A stretch of DNA of 64,000 nt from Methanobacteriota archaeon (GTDB lineage Archaea > Halobacteriota > Bog-38 > Methanoflorentales > Methanoflorentaceae). The notes beneath the pieces were generated by a model. The model did no database searches. It was not told where the DNA came from and was given only the letters and a program-made list of their open reading frames with translations. The stretch's first letter is position 1. Each line of letters begins with the position of its first letter. Shown here one piece after another: positions 11,203 through 21,095 of the stretch. A program made the position numbers and the translations under genes. The stretch is from positions 256,001 to 320,000 of the forward strand of contig OY970393.1 of assembly GCA_963720465.1 (NCBI GenBank), written 5' to 3'.

Positions 11203-11700
11203 GTGATGGTTAACGATGTTGCCGTTCAAGGCTATTTGAAGAATCTTGTCGGAGATGACGGCTTGGAAATGATTGAGCGTGCGTCCATTGACGAATTGAC
11301 CGACGAAAAAATAGCTGAAGAAACGGGTTCGAACCTTAATACGGTAAGGCGGACTCTGTATATCCTTTATGAAAACCGACTAGCAAACTATCGACGTGAG
11401 CGGGACAAGGACAGTGGGTGGCTCACGTACTTGTGGAAAGTTGATTTGAGCGACATTTCGCGCAATATGGACGAAGAGGCACAGAAGCTTATTAGGAGAC
11501 TTGATACGCGTTTAGACTTTGAAAGACAGAACGTTTGCTATACGTGCGAAAACGGGTGTGGTCGTTTTCTATTTGAGACAGCAAGCGACTATGATTTTGT
11601 CTGCCCCGTCTGCCACGCGGGACTTGATTATCAAGATAGTTCTGTTTTAGTCGATGCGGTGGGAATAAAGCTGGAAGAGCTGAGACGTGCCTTCGAGTAG
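11203..11700 (+). CDS. tfe: Transcription factor E (TFIIE-alpha)
   Basis: TDEKIAE...LNTVRRTLY, RERDKDSGWLTYLW, CENGC..CPVC Zn ribbon. Confidence 0.95.
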   Translation: MMVNDVAVQGYLKNLVGDDGLEMIERASIDELTDEKIAEETGSNLNTVRRTLYILYENRLANYRRERDKDSGWLTYLWKVDLSDISRNMDEEAQKLIRRLDTRLDFERQNVCYTCENGCGRFLFETASDYDFVCPVCHAGLDYQDSSVLVDAVGIKLEELRRAFE

Positions 11701-12232
11701 TCTCCCCTCGTACGACAGAGCGCTTCAGCTTCTCAAGGAAAGCGGCTGCAGCGACGGACTCAAACAACACGTAGAGGCTGTCTCTAAATACGCGGTCGAA
11801 GTTGCCGAATCTCTAGCGGATGTTGATGTGGCGCTTGTCCAAATTGGTGCGCTTTTGCATGACATCGGCAGATGCAAGACCCACGGCATTGAGCACGGCA
11901 TTGTAGGCGGAAAACTGTTGCGGAGCTTCGGAGTCGACGAACGCGTCGCGAAGATCGCTGAAAGACACGTCGGTGCTGGAATAACAGAGAAAGAAGCTGT
12001 ACGCTTGCGTCTCCCCCTTGGAAACTACATCCCAGAGACCCTCGAGGAAAAAATCGTCGCCGCCGCCGACAACCTCATAGAAGGAACGCGGAGAGTCACC
12101 ATTGACAAGGCAGAAGCTGATTTCCACGCTAAGCTCAACGGAAATCCAGCTGCAATTCGCATAAGAAGTCTTCACGACGAAGTTTTTGGCAGCGCCAAAC
12201 GGTCTGTCCCCGCAACGCGTGCGAAGCAGTGA
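11687..12232 (+). CDS. HD-domain phosphohydrolase (TIGR00295-like)
   Basis: LLHDIGR, ERHVGAG, PETLEEKIVAAAD; follows tfe. Confidence 0.9.
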   Translation: MPSSSLPSYDRALQLLKESGCSDGLKQHVEAVSKYAVEVAESLADVDVALVQIGALLHDIGRCKTHGIEHGIVGGKLLRSFGVDERVAKIAERHVGAGITEKEAVRLRLPLGNYIPETLEEKIVAAADNLIEGTRRVTIDKAEADFHAKLNGNPAAIRIRSLHDEVFGSAKRSVPATRAKQ

Positions 12233-12915
12233 AGATGAGAACGATTCATCTTATGCAGCTCGTCTGCGGTAACGCAGATAAGGCAGCCCGATCGTTCGAG
12301 GCGATGCTGCGCAACGACCTAAGTGGATTGCGCATCAAATACTCGCTCACGCTTACCTCGTGGATCTCGGTGACTATCACCGGGAGTGAAGAACAGGTTG
12401 CCGAAGATTTATTGGTGAGGCAATACGGCGAGTTGCGCGACCCCCGACCGGGCGACATCGCGCGTGCTTGGGTGGCGGGGATCAACGATGATGGCATTGC
12501 CCTTGACACGGGCTGCAAACGTGTTTTGGTGCCTTGTGTCCGGCTTGAACCGTTCGGGCGTGGCACTGTTGAACAGATCGCCTCCAGATTCGGCTTGATT
12601 CATTGTTTGCCCCTGCAGGTCCGGCTAGTAGGAGAATTTGATGCAGAGTTTACGAAAAAGCAAATCGACGCTTTGTGGCGGTGGAGAAAAGGGACCGACC
12701 GGATAAATGTCAACAATGCTACCCGCGCGCAGGTCCACGCTGCTCTGAAACGGAGTGGCCACGCACGAGATGTCTACGCGATCGAAAGGCTCGGCATTTT
12801 GGAGCACTCTATCGTCTGTAAGCAAGGGACTGATGCACCAGGCTTGGTCCCGCAAATCGGCCCTTACTTGGAATCAGAGCTGGCATGTGTCAGAGGCGCC
12901 CGAAACGCTCGCTAG
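12229..12915 (+). CDS. DUF2110-like archaeal protein
   Basis: GHARD...IERLGILEHSIVCK.GTDAPGL...IGPYL; position in tfe cluster. Confidence 0.75.
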   Translation: MKMRTIHLMQLVCGNADKAARSFEAMLRNDLSGLRIKYSLTLTSWISVTITGSEEQVAEDLLVRQYGELRDPRPGDIARAWVAGINDDGIALDTGCKRVLVPCVRLEPFGRGTVEQIASRFGLIHCLPLQVRLVGEFDAEFTKKQIDALWRWRKGTDRINVNNATRAQVHAALKRSGHARDVYAIERLGILEHSIVCKQGTDAPGLVPQIGPYLESELACVRGARNAR

Positions 12916-12957
12916 CCGCCTCTGTGACCTCCTCAGCCATTCGAAAGAGCGCCTATT

Positions 12958-13461
12958 TTAGAAGACCGAAACGCCTTTGACGCTTGCAAGTTGCAGGAGC
13001 TTGTCAACAAGCGAACCGGGAACGCGCGTGTCGCAGATAATCGTCAGCTTGGGTTCATCAATAAAGTAAGGATCATCAGTCACGGCCTGTCTGATGCGCA
13101 CATCAAACGCTGTAACAGTCTCTGCAACTTCTTCGATGATGCCTATCTGCGTAGCATCTTGAGGCGTTATGACGATTACGCCAAGTCCCAGAAGAGGCGC
13201 AACGTCGCGGAGGAATATCAACGTTTTCACGTTTGAAAAAAAGCGCTTGAGCATGTCGTCGCCTAGAATAGTGGCAGTTGCCTCGTCGACCGCCCTCCGA
13301 TCGACTTTGGCCGCGCGCGAGATCTCGGTGTCAGGGATCCTAATGGTGCCCGAGATAACCTCCCCCGTGCTGTTCACTTGGAATCCGTGCTCAAGCAAAA
13401 CCTCTGCAACCCGCTCTTGAGCGGGAAACTTGGCAAACCTTGCGAGCACTTCACTCCACAT
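12958..13461 (-). CDS. ACT-domain regulator (COG2150-like)
   Basis: FPAQERVA..LL..GF, ISRAAKVDRR, IRQAVTDDP. Confidence 0.85.
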   Translation of the reverse strand: MWSEVLARFAKFPAQERVAEVLLEHGFQVNSTGEVISGTIRIPDTEISRAAKVDRRAVDEATATILGDDMLKRFFSNVKTLIFLRDVAPLLGLGVIVITPQDATQIGIIEEVAETVTAFDVRIRQAVTDDPYFIDEPKLTIICDTRVPGSLVDKLLQLASVKGVSVF

Positions 13462-13532
13462 AAGAAGCAACTTTGTAAAGCTTTTTAGCTTGTACTCTAA
13501 TGGATGATACATACAAGAAGCTTGTGCACACC

Positions 13533-14222
13533 ATGCGGCTGGACACGTATCTCGTTCGGGAAAAGCTTATTGCATCGCGCTCACGCGCACAAAGGGCGAT
13601 CAAAAGTGGGTTTGTTACAGTCGACGGAAGGACTGTCGTGAAGGCTTCGTTTGACATCACGCGTCGCCAGTTGGTTACCGTTGGCGCTGCCGCGGACAAC
13701 CCTGCTGGGTATTGGAAACTAAGAGGAATCCAAGAGGCGTTTGAGCTGATAAAAACTGGTGACGCTGTACTCGACATTGGTGCGAGCGCGGGAGGCTTCT
13801 TGTCGTACGCGGCGGAACTAGCGCACGAAGTCTACGCGGTCGAGTTCAGTTCGTCATGCAAGCCATTTCTTGAGGCGGTCGCAGGAAGGTATCCCGGCCA
13901 GGTAACTATCATTTACGCTGACGCATTTTCTTTTGATTTTGGCCGTCTTGGGGTACTTTTTGACGTTCTGCTGAACGATATAACAGTGGAACCAACCGAT
14001 GCACTTAAGCTTCTCGCAAGGTTGTCAGCGGTTCTCAAAACGGGAGGGCTAGTCTTGCAGGTTTTTAAAGGGAAAGTAGCCGAACAAGCATTAGGAGGTC
14101 TTACGAAGCGCATCGAGGATGAAGGCTTCAAAATCGTTAAGCTGTTTAGCGCGCAAAAAGACGAGCTTTACGTCATCGCTCAAAAGAAGAGGGATGATCG
14201 AGACGCCGAGGAAGGGATTTGA
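13533..14222 (+). CDS. S4-domain / FtsJ-like (TlyA-like) RNA methyltransferase
   Basis: MRLDTYL...SRSRAQRAI S4 domain; LDIGASAGGF SAM motif. Confidence 0.88.
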   Translation: MRLDTYLVREKLIASRSRAQRAIKSGFVTVDGRTVVKASFDITRRQLVTVGAAADNPAGYWKLRGIQEAFELIKTGDAVLDIGASAGGFLSYAAELAHEVYAVEFSSSCKPFLEAVAGRYPGQVTIIYADAFSFDFGRLGVLFDVLLNDITVEPTDALKLLARLSAVLKTGGLVLQVFKGKVAEQALGGLTKRIEDEGFKIVKLFSAQKDELYVIAQKKRDDRDAEEGI

Positions 14223-14304
14223 ACCCCTGCGAGGCAGAAGCCTCACCAGCTGTCCGATCACGAGACCTCCAGGCTGGCGCCGTAGTCCACTTGGCTACCT
14301 CGGC
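14204..14304 (-). tRNA. tRNA-Ser(GGA) with 15-nt intron (14252-14266) at 37/38
   Basis: CCAGC-CTGGAG-[GTCTCGTGATCGGAC]-A-GCTGG; CUGG pairs with intron UCGG to form a BHB; long variable arm. Confidence 0.92.
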
Positions 14305-14312
14305 ACGTCAGA

Positions 14313-14384
14313 TGCGCCAGCCGGGATTCGAACCCGGGTTTGAGGCTTGGCAAGCCTCAGTGATAACCACTACACTACCAGCGC
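14313..14384 (-). tRNA. tRNA-Gly(GCC)
   Basis: GAGGC-TTGCCAA-GCCTC anticodon arm, GGTTCGAATCC. Confidence 0.95.
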
Positions 14385-14492
14385 AAAAATCGAGCATGCG
14401 ATCATGCGTTGGTATCTATATAAAAGTTATCAGCGCGACAGCAAGGCATTTCGCGCTGGTTTAGCGAAGGAGAGCTCACGATTACTGCGAGG

Positions 14493-14735
14493 TCAGCTTA
14501 AGTAACTTACGCCTTCGAGCTTGAATTTTAGCTTGTAAACAAGGGCTTCAATTTCGAAGATGGACGTGAGCGTGTCATCATAGGCGATGACGACAGTCGC
14601 GTTGTTAACGTTGATCTCCACGTTAGCGACCCCGTGCTTATTTGAAAATGCGTTGCTTAGCGCGTCGGCATTCGTCTGCTCGCTGAGTTCTGCGATTTTG
14701 AGCCGTATTATCTTCAGGTGTTCTATGCGAGTCAA
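14493..14735 (-). CDS. HMA-like small domain protein lacking CxxC
   Basis: GVANVEINVNNATVVIAYD...SIFEIEALV pattern typical of HMA/CopZ folds; no Cys. Confidence 0.6.
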   Translation of the reverse strand: MTRIEHLKIIRLKIAELSEQTNADALSNAFSNKHGVANVEINVNNATVVIAYDDTLTSIFEIEALVYKLKFKLEGVSYLS

Positions 14736-14899
14736 AGAACCACGTTATTTACAACTTATTCATCATTTATAAAACGCGCACCGACGCTGCTTGCGCGGCT
14801 CCTCTTATTCCGCTTTTGTTTGCTCCTGCTTTGTTCGGGGGTCATCGCGTAGCGCGTCGCGATCGCAAAGTATAAGCTGAAAATTCGTAGAGAAAGCCT

Positions 14900-15571
14900 A
14901 TGGAATATCAAATCTTCTACAAACCCACCTACAGCCTCGCAGAAGTCAAACTGTCAGATGGCGAAAGCATTCAAGCTGACCGGCGATCTATGGCCTACAT
15001 GAGTCCGAATTTTAACGTGAGCACCGGAATCAAGGGAGGGGTCCTCCGTGGGCTTAAGAGAACCGTGCTCGGCGGTGCTGACATTTTTCTGAACACGTTC
15101 GTAGCGCAGGGCGACGCGGTCGTCGGCCTCGCTCCCCCTTACGTCGGCGATATTGCGTACAGAGAGATAAGGGATGAGACGCTTCTTGTTCAAGGAGACT
15201 GTTTCTTAGCGGGCTCGCAAAGCTTAGATTTAGATACGAAGTGGGGCGGCGTCAAAGGGTTCTTGTCGGAGACGGGGCTCTTTTTCGTGAAAGTCTCTCA
15301 GTCCGGGTACGTGTTTATTTCAAGTTTTGGGGCCATTCAAGAGCGAAGAATCGACGGACGGTTTCGCGTCGATACCGGGCACATTGTTGGATTCACTGAA
15401 GGCCTCGAATGGAAAATTGGGACTTTTGGAGGTGTTAAATCGACTGTTCTTGGTGGTGAGGTACTGGTTACCGAATTTAACGGAGAAGGGACTGTCTATA
15501 TACAAAGCCGGAGTGAAAAGATGTTTGTTGACTGGTTGACGCCGTTGCTGCCGGAGCAAGAGAAAAAGTGA
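14900..15571 (+). CDS. AIM24/TIGR00266 family protein
   Basis: GGADIFLNTF, SSFGAI, VDTGHIVGF, G.GTVYIQSR. Confidence 0.9.
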   Translation: MEYQIFYKPTYSLAEVKLSDGESIQADRRSMAYMSPNFNVSTGIKGGVLRGLKRTVLGGADIFLNTFVAQGDAVVGLAPPYVGDIAYREIRDETLLVQGDCFLAGSQSLDLDTKWGGVKGFLSETGLFFVKVSQSGYVFISSFGAIQERRIDGRFRVDTGHIVGFTEGLEWKIGTFGGVKSTVLGGEVLVTEFNGEGTVYIQSRSEKMFVDWLTPLLPEQEKK

Positions 15572-16020
15572 AGGCCACTTATCTCCGCTAATTGTTTTGA
15601 AATGTCTCAACCCTATTCGCCTGCGCATCGGCGCTCACGGTCAAGACACGTCGCGCAGTAGAATGCCCCCACAGCCCTCGGCTCGTCCGCATCCGATGCC
15701 CGAGGCGGCGTACGGGAAGGAGGGCGATCGGCCTCTTGAGGTGCATCAGGGCGCCCCCGTCAGCCGGGCGATCGCGTCGATGATCATACGATCTGGAATG
15801 TCGCTACCGGCGTAAAACGGTGCCGATCCGTTCATCGGCGGGTGTCAGTATAGGGGGCAAAAACCGGAATTTTTTCGGGTTTGGTACCGGTCGGCCTCGA
15901 GAGTGATCAGCCTTCAGAAGGCCGATATACGCGTCTGCCCAGCCTCCGGTCACGTCGATGAGCCCCGAAAATGGAAGCATCCGGCCCCGGCTGCGGTGGC
16001 TTTTGACAAGAAATGTAGAG

Positions 16021-16094
16021 TGCCCCAGCCCGGATTTGAACCGGGGACAACCAGATCTTCAGTCTGGCGCTCTCCCAGGCTGAGCTACTGGAGC
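16021..16094 (-). tRNA. tRNA-Phe(GAA)
   Basis: CCAGA-CTGAAGA-TCTGG anticodon arm. Confidence 0.95.
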
Positions 16095-16110
16095 GTCACT
16101 TGCGGGTGAA

Positions 16111-16184
16111 TCCCGCCTCCCCGATTTGAACGGGGGACATGTCGGTCTACAGCCGACCACTCTGCCAGACTGAGTTAAGGCGGG
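16111..16184 (-). tRNA. tRNA-Tyr(GTA)
   Basis: C1-G72 pair; GTCGG-CTGTAGA-CCGAC. Confidence 0.95.
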
Positions 16185-16380
16185 TGACGACAGTATTGCG
16201 ATCGTTATTACTTATTATTTACTGTGTTCAGTGAGCGACGTTATAGTTTCAGAGTGGTTCTGATTCTGGTTTCGGGGCGTTTGAGAGCGTTATGGTGCAC
16301 GGCTTAGTTTAATAGATTTATACATTTTTTTTATAAAAAAGCGATAGCAAAAGTTTAATATTGCAGTAGGGTAATTCACA

Positions 16381-16464
16381 GTCAGACGAAAAACAGACAT
16401 GCGTCTGACACTAGACAGCTTTTTGTAGCCTCTGAAGCAGACAGAAGTCAGCTGTTCGTCTGAC
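16381..16464. promoter_or_regulatory. 11-bp-phased GTCWGAC-like repeat array downstream of a TATA box (candidate CdrS operator)
   Basis: GTCAGAC 16381, AACAGAC 16392, GTCTGAC 16403, GACAGCT 16414, AGCAGAC 16436, GTCAGCT 16447, GTCTGAC 16458; TTTAATA at 16354. Confidence 0.6.
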
Positions 16465-16481
16465 ACACTACGAAAATTCAG

Positions 16482-16667
16482 ATGGTTGCTATGGAGCGAA
16501 TCACCCTGAGATTGCCGAAACAACAGCTAGAACTCATAGATAAACTGGTAGTAGCAGGCGAATTCCCCTCGAAGAGCGAAGCAATTCGTGCAGCTGTTCG
16601 AGATCTGGTTGATACCCATTATGAGAAGCTCCTCAGCAGAAAAGAACGAAGTGCGGTTTTGATCTAG
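16482..16667 (+). CDS. cdrS: Ribbon-helix-helix cell-division regulator (CdrS-like)
   Basis: MERITLRLP...[17 protein letters not shown], immediately upstream of ftsZ. Confidence 0.88.
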   Translation: MVAMERITLRLPKQQLELIDKLVVAGEFPSKSEAIRAAVRDLVDTHYEKLLSRKERSAVLI

Positions 16668-16684
16668 TACAGGTGGCGGTATAT

Positions 16685-17833
16685 ATGCAAAGTATTGTCG
16701 AAGAGGCCTTGCGACGATGCGAAATGGAGAAGCAGCGATCTCAGATGCTTGAAGATGAAGAAGAAGAGGAATTTGGAGCCCCTCGAATACTCATTGTGGG
16801 CTGCGGCGGGGCTGGCAACAACACGGTTAACCGACTCTACAATATAGGAGTCGACGGCGCCGAGACCATAGCGCTCAACACTGACAAACAGCATTTAGAT
16901 ATGATCGACGCCGATATCAAGGTGTTGGTCGGCAAATCGATTACCAAAGGGTTGGGTGCAGGTGGCGATCCGGAAGTCGGACGGTGTGCGACCGAGTTAG
17001 GTCGTAGGACGCTGGAAACGCTTCTCAAAGCTACCGATCTTGTGTTTGTTACGGCGGGGATGGGGGGCGGAACCGGCACAGGCGCTGCTCCGATCGTCGC
17101 ACAGATAGCGAAAGCGCACGGCGCAATCGTCGTGGCAATGGTGTCGACTCCGTTCAACGTGGAACGCGCGCGGCTGATTAAGGCCGAAGAAGGACTGGAA
17201 GACTTGCGGAGAGATGCTGATACGGTCATTGTTCTTGATAATAATCGTCTGCTTGAATTCGTGCCGAACTTGCCGATTGACCATGCGTTTTCAGTGATGG
17301 ATCAGATCATCGCAGAAACCGTGAAGGGCATCGCTGAAACGATCACACAACCTTCATTGATAAACCTTGACTACGCAGATGTCAGAACCATCATGAATAG
17401 CGGCGGCGTCGCCGCTATGCTAGTCGGTGAATCGCGAAGCCAAGACAAAGCACGCGACGTCGTGCGTGAGGCATTCAACCATCCGCTCCTCGAAGTTGAC
17501 TTCCGTGGGGCAAAAGGCGCGTTGATCCATATCACAGGTGGACCAGACTTGACGCTGAAAGAGGCCGAAGAGATCGCTAAGGCTTTGACCTCCCAGTTGG
17601 ATCCAAACGCTAACGTCATTTGGGGCGCACGGGTTCAGAGAGGGTACGAGGGCCGTGTGCGCGTGATGTCGATCGTGACTGGCGTGCAATCTGCTCAGGT
17701 GTTAGGGCCGACTTATGGCGAGCTGTTCAAGTTTCAAAGCGCAAAACAAAGCGCCAGCGGGACCAGAAAAGAACCGCGCGTGAGAGACTTCGCCCGCGAA
17801 TTTGAATCCGGTGAGATCGACAGCATCCTTTAA
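16685..17833 (+). CDS. ftsZ: Cell division protein FtsZ (FtsZ2 type by cdrS linkage)
   Basis: [17 protein letters not shown] tubulin signature, NLDYADV. Confidence 0.97.
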   Translation: MQSIVEEALRRCEMEKQRSQMLEDEEEEEFGAPRILIVGCGGAGNNTVNRLYNIGVDGAETIALNTDKQHLDMIDADIKVLVGKSITKGLGAGGDPEVGRCATELGRRTLETLLKATDLVFVTAGMGGGTGTGAAPIVAQIAKAHGAIVVAMVSTPFNVERARLIKAEEGLEDLRRDADTVIVLDNNRLLEFVPNLPIDHAFSVMDQIIAETVKGIAETITQPSLINLDYADVRTIMNSGGVAAMLVGESRSQDKARDVVREAFNHPLLEVDFRGAKGALIHITGGPDLTLKEAEEIAKALTSQLDPNANVIWGARVQRGYEGRVRVMSIVTGVQSAQVLGPTYGELFKFQSAKQSASGTRKEPRVRDFAREFESGEIDSIL

Positions 17834-17884
17834 GGTGCTCCTGGGCATTTAACACGCCGCTGGCTCGCGGCTCATTTGGCCGCT

Positions 17885-18763
17885 TTATAGTCTCGAACGC
17901 AGCTCTCTCAGGATTTCACAGCTCTGACAGAGCGCTTTGACCGCGGGTTCTCCGCACTGCACACAGTGACCGAGCTGAAACGGCTCACGCTGCGTTAATC
18001 CCAAGATCCTTTCAAGGCCCTTCACGAGCGCGTACTTGGTGCCTGGGTGCTTGGGCTCTAGTTCATTCAGCATGCTGCGCACCTCGGCTCGAAACACCCC
18101 AGCAGAGAAGCGGCACTCGTCAAGGCTGATGGGAATCCCCTTGAGAACCGCGTATAGCGCGACTTCTTTTTCTGGCACATATTTGAGCGGTTTGACACGC
18201 CGGACCAGTCCTTCTTTGGCGGGGTGATCAAGCCGCAGCAGCCGATCGATGTCCCCGCGCAAATAATTCATTAGAACTGTCTGCGCCTCGTCATCGAGAT
18301 TGTGGCCTGTGGCGAGTGTCGAGGCGCCGACCGTTTTTGCTATGCGATTCAGGAGTGAGCGTCGGAGGATCCCGCAAACCGTGCACGGTCGCTCGTGTAA
18401 GCGATCGATTCTTACGTCCAAGTACTCCTCAAACGAAGCCACCTGCCATCGAACGCCGAGCTCTGCGATGAGCATTGCTGCTGATTCAAGAGCCTTGTCG
18501 CGGTATCCTGCAATACCTTCGTCGATAGTGATGGCCACAATTTCAACGCCACGGCGTGAGAAAAGGTCATTTAATACGGCTAAAACTACGGCAGAGTCCT
18601 TCCCGCCGCTGAACGCAACAGCGAGCGTGCCTTCGATTCGCTTCTTTCTGATCTCTTTCTTGATCTTCTTTTCAACGTCGGCGAAGAAATGTACCTTGCA
18701 AAGGTGTAGTCCTGAATATCTCTGAAATAGAATGGCAGGCGCGCTACATTTATCGCACTTCAT
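17885..18763 (-). CDS. TtcA/Ctu1/NcsA-family tRNA 2-thiolation protein (TIGR00269-like)
   Basis: SGGKDS PP-loop, CTVC, TGHNLDD, terminal Zn fingers. Confidence 0.92.
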   Translation of the reverse strand: MKCDKCSAPAILFQRYSGLHLCKVHFFADVEKKIKKEIRKKRIEGTLAVAFSGGKDSAVVLAVLNDLFSRRGVEIVAITIDEGIAGYRDKALESAAMLIAELGVRWQVASFEEYLDVRIDRLHERPCTVCGILRRSLLNRIAKTVGASTLATGHNLDDEAQTVLMNYLRGDIDRLLRLDHPAKEGLVRRVKPLKYVPEKEVALYAVLKGIPISLDECRFSAGVFRAEVRSMLNELEPKHPGTKYALVKGLERILGLTQREPFQLGHCVQCGEPAVKALCQSCEILRELRSRL

Positions 18764-18838
18764 CTCCTGTACATCTCCGGATGAACACTAATAAACTGTT
18801 CTGCAGCACAGGGAGAAACGGAGGCTGGCCATAAGGCA

Positions 18839-19744
18839 GTGAAGATGCTTCAAGATATCGCACGCGAATTTAGGGAGTTGGAGCGCTATGATTTTCGAGT
18901 GCTGCAAGCGGTCGAAACTGGCATGCGTTTTTTTGACTGGGTTCCTGTCGATGATCTGCCTAACTACGCTCGGCTGCCGCGAGACGAGGTGGATTATCGA
19001 ATCAAGCGGCTTTCCAAATATAAGCTCGTTGAGCGGAGAACGGCCCATTACGTTGGCTACAAGCTAACTTTCGGTGGGTATGACGCCCTTGCCATTAATA
19101 CGCTTGTTCGGCGCGGGGCCATAAAGTCTCTCGGATCGAAAGTGGGTGTCGGCAAGGAGTCTGATATTTACGACGCCGAGCATGAAGGCGGTCGGATCGT
19201 GATTGTGAAATTCCATCGTGAAGGCACGACGTTCCGGCACGTGAAACGATCTAGGGGATATTTCGGTGAGGCCGAACGATGCTCGTGGATGCTTGCTTCT
19301 AGGCTCGCAGCAGAAAGAGAATATGAAGCCATAGCTACTCTCTATGGGAACGTCGCCGTTCCAACGCCGATTGCGCACAACCGACACGTTATCGTCATGG
19401 GACTTGTAAACGGTCGAGAGATGAGCAACACTGCGCTAGGACACCCTGTCGCTATTCTTGAAAAGATCATTGCGCAGATTAAGTTGACGTATGAGCTCGG
19501 CATTATTCACGCCGACTTAAGCGAATACAACGTAATTGTGTGTGCCGACGGAAACATCGCCCTGATCGACTGGCCGCAATGGGTCCCAGCGTCGCACTCC
19601 AACGCTGATGACTTGCTCTATAGAGACGTGAGCACAGTCCTATCGTATTTTGCTAGAAAATATCAAATAGCAAGACGAACAGAAGAAGTTTTGGCATATG
19701 TAAAACAACGCGATCACGGCCCCGCACAACGTTTTTCAGGCTAG
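18839..19744 (+). CDS. rio2: RIO2 kinase
   Basis: N-terminal wHTH (GYKLTFGGYDALA), GVGKES, HADLSEYN, IDWPQW. Confidence 0.93.
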   Translation: MKMLQDIAREFRELERYDFRVLQAVETGMRFFDWVPVDDLPNYARLPRDEVDYRIKRLSKYKLVERRTAHYVGYKLTFGGYDALAINTLVRRGAIKSLGSKVGVGKESDIYDAEHEGGRIVIVKFHREGTTFRHVKRSRGYFGEAERCSWMLASRLAAEREYEAIATLYGNVAVPTPIAHNRHVIVMGLVNGREMSNTALGHPVAILEKIIAQIKLTYELGIIHADLSEYNVIVCADGNIALIDWPQWVPASHSNADDLLYRDVSTVLSYFARKYQIARRTEEVLAYVKQRDHGPAQRFSG

Positions 19745-19755
19745 CGGAGGCTTAT

Positions 19756-21081
19756 TTGGGGGCGCGTTGGAGGTGCGACGCAATTTCGACCACTAACGAA
19801 AACGGCGGGAGTTTAGTTGCGTCAAAGAGGACGTATACTATCGTCGGCGTAGATCCCGGAACAACCGCCGCTTTTGCCGTTTTGGATTTGAAAGGTCGAC
19901 TCCTTAGAACCGGCAGCTCAAGATCTTGGGGTTTTTCTGAGCTCGTGGGGTTGCTAATTGAATCGGGACATCCGCTTATCATCGCCACGGATAAGAATCC
20001 AGCTCCCGGAACTGTCGAACGGATAAAGCGAGCTTTTAACGCGATTCTGCACACACCTGCTTCATCACTTTCGCTGGAACAGAAGCAGCGCGACACGAAG
20101 CTCTTCGACTATTCAAACGAACACGAACGAGATGCGCTCGCCGCTGCAATCGACGCAGCCAGAAGCGTCAGAAACAAGCTTGAAAGTGTGGAGAAGAGAG
20201 CTCCTGCCGACGTTGAACTCGACGAACTTCAGATGCTGGTTTTGCGCGGACATACGGTTGATTCTGCAATCAATTTGCTCAAAAAGCCCCTAGCGCCGAC
20301 CGAGAATCCCCTGCAACGCCAAATTTCAGCCCCAGAGAAGGATCTTCTAGGTCCCGACATTCTCTACTTCAAGGCAATCATCAAACGACAAGACGAGCAA
20401 ATTAATCGGCTTTCGAGCTACGTGGCTGATCTGAATGAATTGTTGCAGTTAGACCAAGAACAGGTGCTGAAGCTGCAAAATAAGATTAATACCATTCGGT
20501 CTCAAGACGCAAAAAACCTGAGAAGGGACAGGGAAGTTATGTTCAGGCAAAAGGAAATCGATCGCCTTTCAGCTGAGCTTGTACGCAGCAAGAGGGTCAA
20601 CGAGGGCTTGCTGAAACGCATTCGTAAGCTGAAGCAAATCGGCGCAACTGAGCGTAACAAAGCGGTCAAGGCAGTCAAAGTAGTCAAATCCTTCAACCGA
20701 GAAGCGATTCAGGCCGCGGATGACCAGTTTGGGCTGAGCAAAGGCATCGTCTTGTTCGAGGACGCAAGCGGTGGCGGCATTGCTGCTGCTGAATTGTTGG
20801 TCAACAAACGAATACGCGCCGTCGTCGTTAGAAACGAAATGTCGCAGGTAGCTCGAAAAACGTTATTTGAAGCTGATATCCCTATTTTTTCGATGCGCGA
20901 GCTCGCATTGAATCATTCTGGTACTTTGATGACGATCGACAAGAATGAATTGGAGCTTATGATCGAAAAGGGTCAAACAGAAATCGCCAACGCAAAACAA
21001 CAGGAACAGCTTCGCCGGCTTGAGTCGCTTGTTGAAGCGTACAAACACAAGCGGACCATAGGCATCCGGAAAAAAGATTGA
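19756..21081 (+). CDS. DUF460 (COG2433-like) RNase H-fold plus coiled-coil protein
   Basis: IVGVDPGTT, IIATDK.P, N.HERDALAAA, long coiled coil; start uncertain. Confidence 0.85.
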   Translation: MGARWRCDAISTTNENGGSLVASKRTYTIVGVDPGTTAAFAVLDLKGRLLRTGSSRSWGFSELVGLLIESGHPLIIATDKNPAPGTVERIKRAFNAILHTPASSLSLEQKQRDTKLFDYSNEHERDALAAAIDAARSVRNKLESVEKRAPADVELDELQMLVLRGHTVDSAINLLKKPLAPTENPLQRQISAPEKDLLGPDILYFKAIIKRQDEQINRLSSYVADLNELLQLDQEQVLKLQNKINTIRSQDAKNLRRDREVMFRQKEIDRLSAELVRSKRVNEGLLKRIRKLKQIGATERNKAVKAVKVVKSFNREAIQAADDQFGLSKGIVLFEDASGGGIAAAELLVNKRIRAVVVRNEMSQVARKTLFEADIPIFSMRELALNHSGTLMTIDKNELELMIEKGQTEIANAKQQEQLRRLESLVEAYKHKRTIGIRKKD

Positions 21082-21095
21082 TGCGGCCGGTAGGC

